A stretch of 64,000 nt of DNA from Bdellovibrionales bacterium (lineage in GTDB: Bacteria > Bdellovibrionota > Bdellovibrionia > Bdellovibrionales > JAGQZY01), in NCBI GenBank assembly GCA_964230645.1, contig CAXRHT010000002.1, positions 768,001-832,000 of the forward strand. Direction: 5' to 3'. The notes below the pieces were generated by a model that worked only from the letters and a program-made list of their open reading frames with translations, did no database searches and had not been told where the DNA came from. A program made the translations under genes and the position numbers. Positions 49,153 through 58,704 of the stretch are shown one piece after another. How positions within the stretch are numbered: the stretch's first letter is position 1; the number at the start of each line of letters is the position of its first letter.

Positions 49153-49440
49153 TTAGTGACTTTTTATTTTGCTTCTTCTTTTTCGCAGTTGTTTAACTAA
49201 ATGATCCTTACAAAGCTCTAGGGCCTTGTGGAAATTATGGGATTCATGATCGGAAATAATATCATCTCCCATATAATGAGTTTGCATATGAACATGAAAA
49301 ACGTCTGGTGCTGACTTCGATAAAGTGACACGGACCTTGTCATCGCCATTCATGTGTTTCGATAGAGGTTCTTTAAGGCTTTCAATTTCTGTTTTGATGG
49401 AATCGGTCAGGTCAAAATCTCGACTGGCAATTTCAAACAT
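49153..49440 (-). CDS. HPF/RaiA-like ribosome-associated protein (divergent)
   Basis: I.SRDFDLTDSIK N-terminus and NFHKALELCKDHLVKQLRKRRSK C-terminal helix. Confidence 0.7.
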   Translation of the reverse strand: MFEIASRDFDLTDSIKTEIESLKEPLSKHMNGDDKVRVTLSKSAPDVFHVHMQTHYMGDDIISDHESHNFHKALELCKDHLVKQLRKRRSKIKSH

Positions 49441-49609
49441 AGTTCCTCCTTTATAGGAACTCTAGTTTATCATTGATAATGGGCGAGAGTTTTCTTTAAT
49501 TTCTTATTAAATGTGACTAAATTTGCAAATTTTTTAAGACTTTAGGAGGAAGTCGAATACCAGCGAATAGGCCTACGGATTTAAAAAAGGGGTATGATTC
49601 AAGAAAAGC

Positions 49610-49632
49610 CTTGTGCCTTTCAAAGGCACAAG
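49610..49632 (-). terminator. Hairpin downstream of slyD
   Basis: CTTGTGCCTTT-C-AAAGGCACAAG. Confidence 0.6.
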
Positions 49633-49654
49633 AACTATTCATTCTTATAGGTGA

Positions 49655-50137
49655 TTAATGCTCCACACCATCTGCACCATGGACGTGTCCATGAGCCATT
49701 TCTTCGTCAGTGGCTTTTCTTACCTCAACGACTTCAACATCAAAGTTAAGAGTCTCACCGGCCAGTGGATGGTTGGCATCAAGAACGACAGTGTCTTCTT
49801 TGATTTCTTTGACAGTGAGAATTTGAACCCCTTGCTCTGTTTGGGCCTGTAACTGTACACCTTCTTTAAGGTCTGGAATTTGAGCCAGCTGTGTGCGGGC
49901 CACAGAGGTTACTTTATCCTCAGAGCGCTCGCCGTATCCTTCATTAGGCTCGATAACAACGGCAGTTGTATCGCCGACCTTTAAACCGGCTAGCTCTTTC
50001 TCAAGTCCTGGGATGATATTGCCCTTACCGTGTAAGTAAGCCAGTGGCTTCTTACCAGCCGAAGAATCAAGAACTTGGCCCTGATTATCTTTTAAAGTGT
50101 AATCAATCTTCACAACGCAATCGTCAGTAATAGTCAT
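49655..50137 (-). CDS. slyD: FKBP-type peptidyl-prolyl isomerase SlyD
   Basis: PLAYLHGKGNIIPGLE, DANHPLAG.TLNFDVEV and the His tail HGHVHG. Confidence 0.95.
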   Translation of the reverse strand: MTITDDCVVKIDYTLKDNQGQVLDSSAGKKPLAYLHGKGNIIPGLEKELAGLKVGDTTAVVIEPNEGYGERSEDKVTSVARTQLAQIPDLKEGVQLQAQTEQGVQILTVKEIKEDTVVLDANHPLAGETLNFDVEVVEVRKATDEEMAHGHVHGADGVEH

Positions 50138-50270
50138 ATATATCCTCTTTTAATTATAGGTTTTGGGAATTTAACGTACCACTCCGTACTAGGACGCTCA
50201 GAGCTGAGTGTCAAAGGCTGATTCCTTTTCAATCGCTTAGAGGGCATTTAAAGCTCTCTCGGCTCAAGTT

Positions 50271-51125
50271 TCATAGGTCCTTCATTTTTGGAGTCACCAA
50301 AAAAAGCCTTGCCTCTCTCAGAAGTTTTTCCCATGACTGAGGAGAGATTGTCTTTTGATCAATGACTAGGTGATCAAAACTTTTTAGTTCCGCTTGATCG
50401 TTATCTAGTGACGTTAAAGACCAGTTCACCTCTAAATTTTTCTCGACGATAAATTCGGCAGTGCCTGACCAAGAAACAAGCTCGTCGTCTGGATTTAAGA
50501 AAACCCGAGTAGGACGTTCTAAAAGCTTTGTTTTCAAGGCTGGAACTCTGTCTTGGAGAGCAAAAAGAGCTCGATAAAGCGCCTCACTCGTCCCATCTTT
50601 ACTGGCTCTGTAGTTTACTGGACCTCGGCTGGGAATGATGTCGAAAAATGGAAACAGCCAAGTCACCAGATGGGTGTAGGACTTGAGAGAAAGAGCCGGT
50701 GCGATCAAAAGCATTTTGTCAAAAGCCACGATCCCCTCTCCTTGCGCCACCACTGTTAATAGGCCTCCTAATGAAAAACCAAGGGAGTAGAGCGGTCCTG
50801 AGCAGCGAGTGCGAACCAATTTTGTTGCACTGGCAAGACTCTCAGTGAGGTCTGAGACTTTTATCTTTAACCTTTGCTCCTCACTCTCTCCCTTATGTCC
50901 AGGGAGTGCCAAGCGATAAACAGCTAAGTTCTTTTGTGAAACGGCAAGCCCCATCTCATCCATAGCGCTGGGCTTAAGATTTAGGCCATGAACCAAAATC
51001 AAGGCCTCTCGACACGAACCTTGCGGCTCGACCAACCACTGACTTCGGCGCTCCTCATCATTGGCAGCTGTTATCAAGGGAGTGAGAATAAAGAGCGAAA
51101 AAATAGCTGACCTTAAATTTCTCAT
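50271..51125 (-). CDS. Exported alpha/beta hydrolase (esterase/lipase-like)
   Basis: Signal peptide; VHGL, LPGH, GFSLG, DDELV and DH. Confidence 0.85.
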   Translation of the reverse strand: MRNLRSAIFSLFILTPLITAANDEERRSQWLVEPQGSCREALILVHGLNLKPSAMDEMGLAVSQKNLAVYRLALPGHKGESEEQRLKIKVSDLTESLASATKLVRTRCSGPLYSLGFSLGGLLTVVAQGEGIVAFDKMLLIAPALSLKSYTHLVTWLFPFFDIIPSRGPVNYRASKDGTSEALYRALFALQDRVPALKTKLLERPTRVFLNPDDELVSWSGTAEFIVEKNLEVNWSLTSLDNDQAELKSFDHLVIDQKTISPQSWEKLLREARLFLVTPKMKDL

Positions 51126-51225
51126 TGAAAAAACATAGGATCGCTTAGTGACAAGCACTGCAAAAGCCAGGACATCCCGAGCTTTCTCTTTAACCCCGTC
51201 ACAGGCCGATATCTCCAGAGGAATA

Positions 51226-51618
51226 TTAAACCAAAAACTCTTTTAAATTTTTTAGGTAAAAATCAAGTTCCTCTTTATCCAACTTTTTGCCGGCCGCTGT
51301 TGAACGCGTGCGTTTGGGCGCTGGAGGAGGCATATCGTTGAGAGTGGGTCGATAATAGGGCTCTAGCACTCTGTGGTTGTTCTCCTCTTCTTGGAGTAGA
51401 TAAAATCCGAGCAGATCCTTACTTGAATCCACCATCACCAGCTTTTTATCGTCGATAACAATGGGAGAGTCTTCCGCTAAGGCCAAGCCTTTTTCCGAGG
51501 CATCCCACAGAATTCGATCTTCTTCGAAGATATGATTACCGTCACCGGCCTTGTCTATGTAGAGGATTACAAGGCCCTTATCGTTATTTTCTTTTATTTC
51601 TCTGTATTTAATGTTCAT
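51226..51618 (-). CDS. Hypothetical protein
   Basis: 130 aa ORF; no motif recognised. Confidence 0.55.
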   Translation of the reverse strand: MNIKYREIKENNDKGLVILYIDKAGDGNHIFEEDRILWDASEKGLALAEDSPIVIDDKKLVMVDSSKDLLGFYLLQEEENNHRVLEPYYRPTLNDMPPPAPKRTRSTAAGKKLDKEELDFYLKNLKEFLV

Positions 51619-51731
51619 AACTCTAGCATAGTGAATGATTCGCGCCGAGTCCAGTGGTGATTGCGAACCTAAAGAATGATGTCATCACAAGCAAATCAAC
51701 TCGCAGGGATAGGCTCAAAAAAAGCCCAGAA

Positions 51732-53168
51732 TTAAAGCTGGGCCTGTTTTTTATAAAAATAAAGGGAGCTGGCTGATGGTTTCTCCGGCAGCCAATCTCG
51801 ACTCACTTCACCCACCTCATTTTTTATGCTGAAATCGGCTTCATAAAGTTTAAGCAATTGATTGACAGCATGACACTCAGAAAATGCTGCATAGAACAAT
51901 GGTGTATTGCCCTCATCATCCTTTTCATCGGGATTGGCTCCCCACTTCAAAAGAGATTCGGCCACTTCGGGTTCACAAAATTTTGCTGCCAAATGCAAAG
52001 GGGCAATCCCCGACTTATAAACTTTCTCACCAATGTCGTATTCTTGGCCGATCAAAGTCTCTAGACTCTTAGTACAACCAGCAACCACAGCTAATCCTAA
52101 AAGATTGAGACCATGATACTTATGTCCTCCACTGTAAAAACTGTCATGCTCTTTAAAGCCTGACTTCCTGAGAGTCTCAAAAGATTCGCAGTCTTTTTCA
52201 ATCAGTGCGACCATCAATGGGCTTATGCCAAACCGGTTTTTCTTATCGTAGTACTCGGGCAGTTCTCCCATCTTTTTGATCTGTTCTTCATCGCCGTTTT
52301 GAAGGGCAAGATTTAAATCATTGCCTTCAAAGATATTGAGCTTACTGCGCTGAATGCTTTGATACCCACCGTAATTAATAACACTTAATAATACCAAAAA
52401 GCTCAGTAAATACTTAGTCGGCATATGCTGCCAGTAGGCCAGCTTTTCGTTTCTCCAGAAAAGCACCACAAGTGTCGAAAGGCCTAAGGCCCCAGCAATC
52501 AGTAGTAAGGATACGGCCAATGTAAAATAGAAATCCTCTACATACCTCACTCCCTGAAGATAAATAAAGAAATCAGAAAGATAGGCCACATCAAATTTTG
52601 TCGCGTAGCTCTTCAGGGCCCGCCCCAAAATCAGAGGAGAAAGAAATAATAGTATAAGAATGGAGGAAATTGCAAAACCCTTAATCACCCCAACCGATCT
52701 TTTGGTCTGACTGCCTATAGTCAGAGCCTGCATAAAAAAGGAAGCCGTAACAAAAATGGCACAGGCACCTAAGGTTAAAACTATGTTGAGGCCGTGAGTC
52801 CAATAGAGTTTTTTAAACAGAATGACGAGTAATCCAACCTGAATGTAAGCCGGAGTGAGGAGAAATAAGTTTGTGATTAGAGCTAAAACTAGAATTTGGG
52901 AACGACTTAAAGGAAGACCTTCGAAGTACTTCAAAGAATAAAGATTCATCCCCCTGCCTCTAATAGTACCATTGGCCGGTAAAAGGAAAGAAAGAAAACA
53001 AAGTATCAGCAATATGAAAGAGTATACGACGGACGATATTACCAATATATTGTAATCTAAGATCGAACTACTCATAATAAAAAAGAAGTTCGTAAAAACG
53101 GTTAGTAGCCCAACATACTTAAAATTTCTTTTCAGGGAAGCTTTTAGTAAATTAAAAAATGGATTCAT
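51732..53168 (-). CDS. ABC-2-type permease-like membrane protein fused to ankyrin repeats
   Basis: About 7 TM helices with LPLSRSQI; C-terminal GISPLMVAL, GIAPLHLAA and GANPDEKDDEGNTPLFYAA; overlaps the ABC ATPase stop. Confidence 0.8.
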   Translation of the reverse strand: MNPFFNLLKASLKRNFKYVGLLTVFTNFFFIMSSSILDYNILVISSVVYSFILLILCFLSFLLPANGTIRGRGMNLYSLKYFEGLPLSRSQILVLALITNLFLLTPAYIQVGLLVILFKKLYWTHGLNIVLTLGACAIFVTASFFMQALTIGSQTKRSVGVIKGFAISSILILLFLSPLILGRALKSYATKFDVAYLSDFFIYLQGVRYVEDFYFTLAVSLLLIAGALGLSTLVVLFWRNEKLAYWQHMPTKYLLSFLVLLSVINYGGYQSIQRSKLNIFEGNDLNLALQNGDEEQIKKMGELPEYYDKKNRFGISPLMVALIEKDCESFETLRKSGFKEHDSFYSGGHKYHGLNLLGLAVVAGCTKSLETLIGQEYDIGEKVYKSGIAPLHLAAKFCEPEVAESLLKWGANPDEKDDEGNTPLFYAAFSECHAVNQLLKLYEADFSIKNEVGEVSRDWLPEKPSASSLYFYKKQAQL

Positions 53169-53866
53169 GCTGCCTCCCCTCTAGTAAAAAGAGAAACCAA
53201 ATTGTGTGAATGATTTATGCTGGTATTGTGTTTGTCGACAAATAGAACCTGATCCGCATAACCTTCAAGGTCTTCAATGAGGTTGGTGGCAATAACAACC
53301 GCCAAATCTTTTTGATTGCAGAGTTTTTTTAATTCACGGAAAAACACAAGGCGTGATTCAATATCAAGTACTGCCGTAATCTCATCAACAATGAGAAGCT
53401 TAATTTCTCTCAGAAAACAGGAGATGATTTGTACCTTAGATCTCTCTCCTGTCGACAAGCTATGAATCTTTTGGTGACGTTCGAGTCCAAAAACACCTAA
53501 GTAGTAATTTAAACGCTCATTGGATTTGTGCTTAAAAGGACTTAAATAGTACTCAATCTGCTCGCCCACGGTAGCCTCACTCGAAAGGTGAATGTCATGA
53601 GAACAAAAAGCCATCTCTAAAAGAACTTTTTTATCTCTAAAAGGATCTCTGTCGAGGACCTTTAGCTCCCCCCCCACGGGCTTTTTAATACCCATAAAAA
53701 GATTTACTAACGTGGTCTTTCCGGCTCCGTTTTTACCAAGAACTCCAAGAATCTTGCCAGGGGCTAAATTCAAATCCAAACCTGTGATGAGACCCTCATG
53801 ATAGGGGTACTGATACTGTATATTTTGAGCTTCGATGATGTTTTCCATAAATTTTAATCGGATCAT
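53165..53866 (-). CDS. ABC transporter ATP-binding protein
   Basis: Walker A GKNGAGKT, signature LSTGER and Walker B LLIVDE. Confidence 0.92.
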   Translation of the reverse strand: MIRLKFMENIIEAQNIQYQYPYHEGLITGLDLNLAPGKILGVLGKNGAGKTTLVNLFMGIKKPVGGELKVLDRDPFRDKKVLLEMAFCSHDIHLSSEATVGEQIEYYLSPFKHKSNERLNYYLGVFGLERHQKIHSLSTGERSKVQIISCFLREIKLLIVDEITAVLDIESRLVFFRELKKLCNQKDLAVVIATNLIEDLEGYADQVLFVDKHNTSINHSHNLVSLFTRGEAA

Positions 53867-53966
53867 TTTGAGAATTTATTAAAGCTTTTCTGTGCTTTTT
53901 TATTTGGGGCCCATCAACTGGTCCAATGTCCATTGTCGCCTCTCTCAAGGATGACGATAGAAGTTC

Positions 53967-54809
53967 ATGAAACAATTATTAGTCAGTCTCGTTCTTTACC
54001 TTAGTTGCGCAATTGTCCAGGCGCAGTCTTGTGCTCTCACGGACGAAAGAATCGAAAGCCATAAAAACGTCATTCTCTTTGAACTTTTGGGACCCTCCGG
54101 TCAGGTCGACTTCAGTGAGCATGAGGTGCGTATTCCTCAAGGTGAGCAATGCAGTGATTGGCACTCTATTGGTAATCTTCAATGCCGAAACTGTGTCAAC
54201 CAAGGTGATGCCACAAGCGACATCATCTTTAATTCCTCTAATAATTACCAATTGCGCCAAGCCGATCAACTCAACCGTTTTAGACAGTTGCAATGTCCTC
54301 AGGTGCAAAGACAGTATCGAGCCTGCGCCACCGAATTTTATCGTAGGCGAGGGCAGATTGATCGAAATGAGAGAGAGATGCGATCTCAGTTCCGCGAAGA
54401 TTTTCACAGCACGCAAATTGCCTTTGGTCGCTACACCCGTCGTCGTATGGTCAATGCCAACAATTTTGCCGATCAAAGAATGTCAGAAGAGAGAGCCCGA
54501 ATCAGAACTCAAAGGCAAAATTGCGAACAAGAACACCAGCAAGCTTTTTCCCAGTGTGAGCAGTTGGGAATTCCTAATGAACTTTATTTCGATTTCACCG
54601 ACAATCAACATATGATGTGCCGACAAGGGCTTGTCAGTAATTTTTATGAATACACTCTAGGAGATCTTGCCAACCGCCGCTTTCGTCGCAGAAATCATGA
54701 CGTCAGTATGCTTCGTGCTAATCGTTGCCCCGGCACCCGCCAGGCTCCACAAGTTGTTGATGAGGAAAGTCCTAGTGGCGAAACTTCGGCCGGCCCATCG
54801 GCAGAGTAG
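53967..54809 (+). CDS. Exported Cys/Arg/Gln-rich hypothetical protein
   Basis: Signal peptide ending VQA; about 10 Cys; central helical region. Confidence 0.65.
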   Translation: MKQLLVSLVLYLSCAIVQAQSCALTDERIESHKNVILFELLGPSGQVDFSEHEVRIPQGEQCSDWHSIGNLQCRNCVNQGDATSDIIFNSSNNYQLRQADQLNRFRQLQCPQVQRQYRACATEFYRRRGQIDRNEREMRSQFREDFHSTQIAFGRYTRRRMVNANNFADQRMSEERARIRTQRQNCEQEHQQAFSQCEQLGIPNELYFDFTDNQHMMCRQGLVSNFYEYTLGDLANRRFRRRNHDVSMLRANRCPGTRQAPQVVDEESPSGETSAGPSAE

Positions 54810-54982
54810 GACACTTCTCTTTGGTAAACTTAATCTAGATGTCTCTAGTCTAAGGTCGCTTATGGCTTTTGAAAAGTGAAACCGACTCTAAGACTAACAA
54901 TGAGGTCATCAGCAAATAAAAGCCAATCCTTGAAACCCAGCCCCAGGCTCAAGTAAAATTATACAGTAAGAGGGGGACTGAG

Positions 54983-56548
54983 GTGGCCAGTCGATTATTA
55001 ATATTTTTAAGTTTCATAGTTGTTGCCTGCTCAACCACTCCGAGTAAAAGAGATGTAGCAAGAGTCCCCGGCTTTACCTGCCAATTTCTAAGAGGCACTG
55101 CCATACTTGATAATAGCATGCCTTGTGAACAGAACAAAAGGTGGGAAAACTACGGTGACACCCTTATCAATCGCCCTCAAATCTATGTAGAACCTCGCAC
55201 AGAAAACGAAGTCGAAAGGATTGTGTTTCAATCCTTTCGCTATGGGATGAAGGTCCGCCCTGTGGGCTCTGGTCACTCATGGTCTCGCATCACTCAAACC
55301 GATGACCTCCTAATGGGAACTCATCAACTACTATTAAGAAATACCAGCGGACAACCCACGATTTATATCGACCATACCAACAACACTGTCCGAGTGGGTG
55401 CGGGTCAGACGATTAGGAGTATTGTGCAAACACTTGAGCGAAGTGGTTACACTTTGGCGAACTTAGGCGACATTCAGTCACAGACAATCGCGGGAGCGAT
55501 CTCGACCAATACTCACGGAAGTGGCGTGACTCATACAGGGTTTGCGGGTGCGGTGAAAAAATTTAATATCGTGGATGGACGTGGTATTCTCCACCAAAAT
55601 GTTTCATGGAATAACAAAAGAGAGATTTATCGCTCAGCACTCTCGGGCCTAGGTATGATGGGTGTGATCACAGAGGTAACATTAAAAATCGTCCCAGCCT
55701 TTAATATATACTCCGTTCAAGAGCATATGAGTCTGCATGAGTTGATCGGTCAAGAAAAGTGGAAAGACCTGATTGAAAGGGAGTGGTTTTCTTTTTTATG
55801 GGTTTTCGGAACTGAACACGCCGCCGTCATTACCGGACAAAAAGCGGTTTCCTCCACTCTCCAACCCACAAGAGACAATGACTTTGTAGACCGCTTGAAT
55901 CGTAACTTATTCACTCCTTTTTTTATGGGGCTCTACTCCCCTAACAGAAACCTTCTCAGTCGAATGATTCCTCCTATTTATCGAGATATTCGCACGAGCA
56001 ACCCAAGAAAAACAGAGTATCAAATTTCTTCAGCTGCCCTTTCAAAAAATATAGAACCGGTGCACTGGCCCTGGAATCTAGAGACAGAGTTTTTTATACC
56101 CGTAGAATTTATGCCTGAGTTTATTTCTGAAATGGCCGGTTTTCTCAATACGGTCAGAGATACCAATGGGAATCCCTATAAACCCGCAGCGCCGATTCTA
56201 GGTTTTCGTTTTATGAAAGGGGACGACACCTATTTGAGCCCCGCCTACAAATACAAAGGCTATGATGAATTTGCAGCGATTAGTGTGTTCGATGTCAAAG
56301 GTCGACAATCCACTCACCGAGGAACATCCTATCTCCGTGCCATTCGCGACATCCTACAACGTGTGGTTGGAACCGATCCTCATTTATTGAGAATGCATGC
56401 CGGAAAAGTTTTCTTAGACGATGCACCTAATTTTCGTCGCCGCATCTGGAACTGGTGCCCTTTTGCCAGAGCCCGAAGGCGTTACGATCCCAACGGAACA
56501 TTTCTCAACAGTTGGACCTCTCAGTTCTTCTCACGCCCCTGCCAGTAA
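54983..56548 (+). CDS. FAD-linked aldonolactone-oxidase-like oxidoreductase, predicted lipoprotein
   Basis: Lipobox VVAC; VGSGHSWS, GAISTNTHGSG, GLGMMGVITEVT, RMHAGK and DPNGTFLN. Confidence 0.88.
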   Translation: MASRLLIFLSFIVVACSTTPSKRDVARVPGFTCQFLRGTAILDNSMPCEQNKRWENYGDTLINRPQIYVEPRTENEVERIVFQSFRYGMKVRPVGSGHSWSRITQTDDLLMGTHQLLLRNTSGQPTIYIDHTNNTVRVGAGQTIRSIVQTLERSGYTLANLGDIQSQTIAGAISTNTHGSGVTHTGFAGAVKKFNIVDGRGILHQNVSWNNKREIYRSALSGLGMMGVITEVTLKIVPAFNIYSVQEHMSLHELIGQEKWKDLIEREWFSFLWVFGTEHAAVITGQKAVSSTLQPTRDNDFVDRLNRNLFTPFFMGLYSPNRNLLSRMIPPIYRDIRTSNPRKTEYQISSAALSKNIEPVHWPWNLETEFFIPVEFMPEFISEMAGFLNTVRDTNGNPYKPAAPILGFRFMKGDDTYLSPAYKYKGYDEFAAISVFDVKGRQSTHRGTSYLRAIRDILQRVVGTDPHLLRMHAGKVFLDDAPNFRRRIWNWCPFARARRRYDPNGTFLNSWTSQFFSRPCQ

Positions 56549-57394
56549 GTCGGCAAAAGAACGAGGCACTTTTTTACTCATTAAGTGGCTAAAAAAAACC
56601 TCATCATAGTTCTCAAGGTTTTGATGTTTTTTATAACCTTTAAGAAGAATCTTTCTTTTCTTTAAAATTTCTTTTTCAACCATACTCTTTTGTTCAGCAG
56701 AAAGGGAAAAAGAAAGAATTTTTAAAAGCGCTTTAACTCTCCAGTAATCCATCGAATGAAAGCGCTGGGAGAGTTGATCCTCATGGCCTCCGTATTTTTT
56801 AATAAGGAATTCAGAAATAAATCCAACATCCTGATCAAAGCAAAGTCGTAACCATAAGTCGTAGTCCTCACAAACGGGAAAGGTTTCATCAAAGCCTCCT
56901 CTTTCGAGAAAGAATTTTCTATCAATCACAATGGTTGAGGGACTCATACAACAAAACCGAGTGGCCTTCTTGAAAATATCTCCTCCGGACTTAGAGTGTT
57001 TTTTCATGGGATTAACACGCACTCCTCGACGAATCCAAATTTCCTCACCATGCAAGAGTTGGCAATCAGGATGACTTTCTAAGTACCGATGTTGAAGCTG
57101 CAATTTCTCTGGCAGCCACTCGTCATCAGAGTCCAAAAAAGCCAAATATTGACCAGAGGCCTTACTCACTCCAAAATTACGAGCCGCACTCACCCCTTGA
57201 TTAGAAGTGCGAAAATAACGAACGCGAGAGTCTTCAAGAAAAGAGGCCACCACAGCCTCGGTATTGTCCGTTGATCCATCATCAACCACAATCAACTCAA
57301 AATCCCCAAAACTCTGCCCCAAAACCGACTCAATGGCCCGAGACAAAGTCGAGGCCCGATTAAAAGAGGGAATAACCACTGAAAACACTAACAT
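56531..57394 (-). CDS. Family 2 glycosyltransferase
   Basis: SVVIPSFNR, VVDDGSTD, GVSAARN, FLDSDDEW and CEDYDLW. Confidence 0.95.
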   Translation of the reverse strand: MLVFSVVIPSFNRASTLSRAIESVLGQSFGDFELIVVDDGSTDNTEAVVASFLEDSRVRYFRTSNQGVSAARNFGVSKASGQYLAFLDSDDEWLPEKLQLQHRYLESHPDCQLLHGEEIWIRRGVRVNPMKKHSKSGGDIFKKATRFCCMSPSTIVIDRKFFLERGGFDETFPVCEDYDLWLRLCFDQDVGFISEFLIKKYGGHEDQLSQRFHSMDYWRVKALLKILSFSLSAEQKSMVEKEILKKRKILLKGYKKHQNLENYDEVFFSHLMSKKVPRSFADLLAGA

Positions 57395-57518
57395 CTCCCC
57401 CCTCATACCATAGCCCAAGCCCAAAACACCCTTGTTATTTCAAAGATTTCCAGTTATCTAAAAACCTCCCAAATAATTGAAATAAATGGCGAAGCCCATT
57501 CAAATTATCCCTGGGAGA

Positions 57519-57700
57519 GCCCCTTGGTGACGAAACTTGGGCAGGAATTTAGGGAGCCTGGAGTGGAGGCTCGAGCAACGAGCGCTGCGTATCTCGGGTT
57601 GCAGCACGCAGTGATGCAATCCGAGAGACGAAGTGCACCCGGGTGCGTGCCTCCGCTCCAGGCTCCGTAAATTCCTGCCCAAGATTCGCCACCAAGGGGC
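57519..57700 (+). repeat. Long-hairpin dispersed element, copy C
   Basis: 52-bp IR (57519-57570 / 57649-57700; 48/52) around a 78-nt core (57571-57648) identical to copy A at 76/78 positions. Confidence 0.95.
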
Positions 57701-57737
57701 GGCAACCACAACCCAGTTGAAGTGAGCGAGGTGGACC

Positions 57738-58670
57738 ATGTTTTTTGAAGGTTCCGAAAAGAAAATTGAAGTGATTTTTGATCCCAGTCTCCCCTCTTTG
57801 AGAGAAAGACCTCGTTCCTATTGGGAAAAGCTTGTGGAGGCCTCAAACGCTCAAATTCTCTCAGAGATTTCTAACGACACCATGAAGGCTTTCTTGCTCT
57901 CAGAAAGCAGCCTATTTGTTTACGATCACTATTTGGTCATGATTACCTGTGGGACCACAAGATTGGTTTCAGCCGTGGATTTTTTAATGAAAGAATTCAA
58001 GCCTGAACAGATCCAAGCTTTTTTCTATGAGAGAAAAAATGAACTTCTACCCCAGAACCAATCCACCGACTTTTTTAAAGATGTGCAACAATTACGCAAA
58101 TGGTTTGAAGGTGAAGCTCTACGCTATGGTCGAGAGGATGAGCACCACCTCTACCTTTTTGCTTCCGAAAAAGATTTCAAGCCTCTTAAGGGCGATCACA
58201 CTATGGAAGTTTTGATGCATGGGATTCCTGATCCCGTGGTTAAACATTTTACCGATTGTAAGGGCTGTGACCTTGAGAAATTGCGAGCCAATTCCGGCAT
58301 CGACCAAATTGTTCAGGGAGAAATCGACGATTTTGTTTTTGATCCCATGGGATACTCTCTTAACTCTATTAAAGATAACCGCTACTTTACAATTCACATC
58401 ACCCCAGAAAACCATGGCAGTTATATTAGTTTCGAGACCAATGCTTTTGACAGTGATATGCAGGTGGAATGGACTCAAAAAGTCCTGCAAGTTTTCCAAC
58501 CAATGAGTTTTGATTTGGTTTTATTTAATGATCAAAAAATTAAACAACCCGATTTTTCTAATTATATTCTGAAAAGGCAGTTCTCCGAGCGGTTAAAAAC
58601 TCAATACGAGACTCAGTACTTCTCTTATTATCGACCCAACGACGAAGAACAGAGTCCCTTTCGTTTTTAG
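57738..58670 (+). CDS. speD: S-adenosylmethionine decarboxylase proenzyme, eukaryote-like class
   Basis: FEGSEKKIEV, autocleavage site LLSE/SSLFV, TCGTT, GYSLN, TIHITPE and SYISFETN; directly upstream of speE. Confidence 0.92.
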   Translation: MFFEGSEKKIEVIFDPSLPSLRERPRSYWEKLVEASNAQILSEISNDTMKAFLLSESSLFVYDHYLVMITCGTTRLVSAVDFLMKEFKPEQIQAFFYERKNELLPQNQSTDFFKDVQQLRKWFEGEALRYGREDEHHLYLFASEKDFKPLKGDHTMEVLMHGIPDPVVKHFTDCKGCDLEKLRANSGIDQIVQGEIDDFVFDPMGYSLNSIKDNRYFTIHITPENHGSYISFETNAFDSDMQVEWTQKVLQVFQPMSFDLVLFNDQKIKQPDFSNYILKRQFSERLKTQYETQYFSYYRPNDEEQSPFRF

Positions 58671-58704
58671 AAAAACAGGCCGCACCATTTAAAAAGGAGC
58701 AGAG

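Noticed and set aside
6697..57700. Hairpin elements as a CRISPR array, integron attC sites or retron msr-msd
   Set aside because: Copies are 15-36 kb apart with no repeat-spacer periodicity, lack RYYYAAC...GTTRRRY ends, and there is no cas, integrase or RT gene in the window
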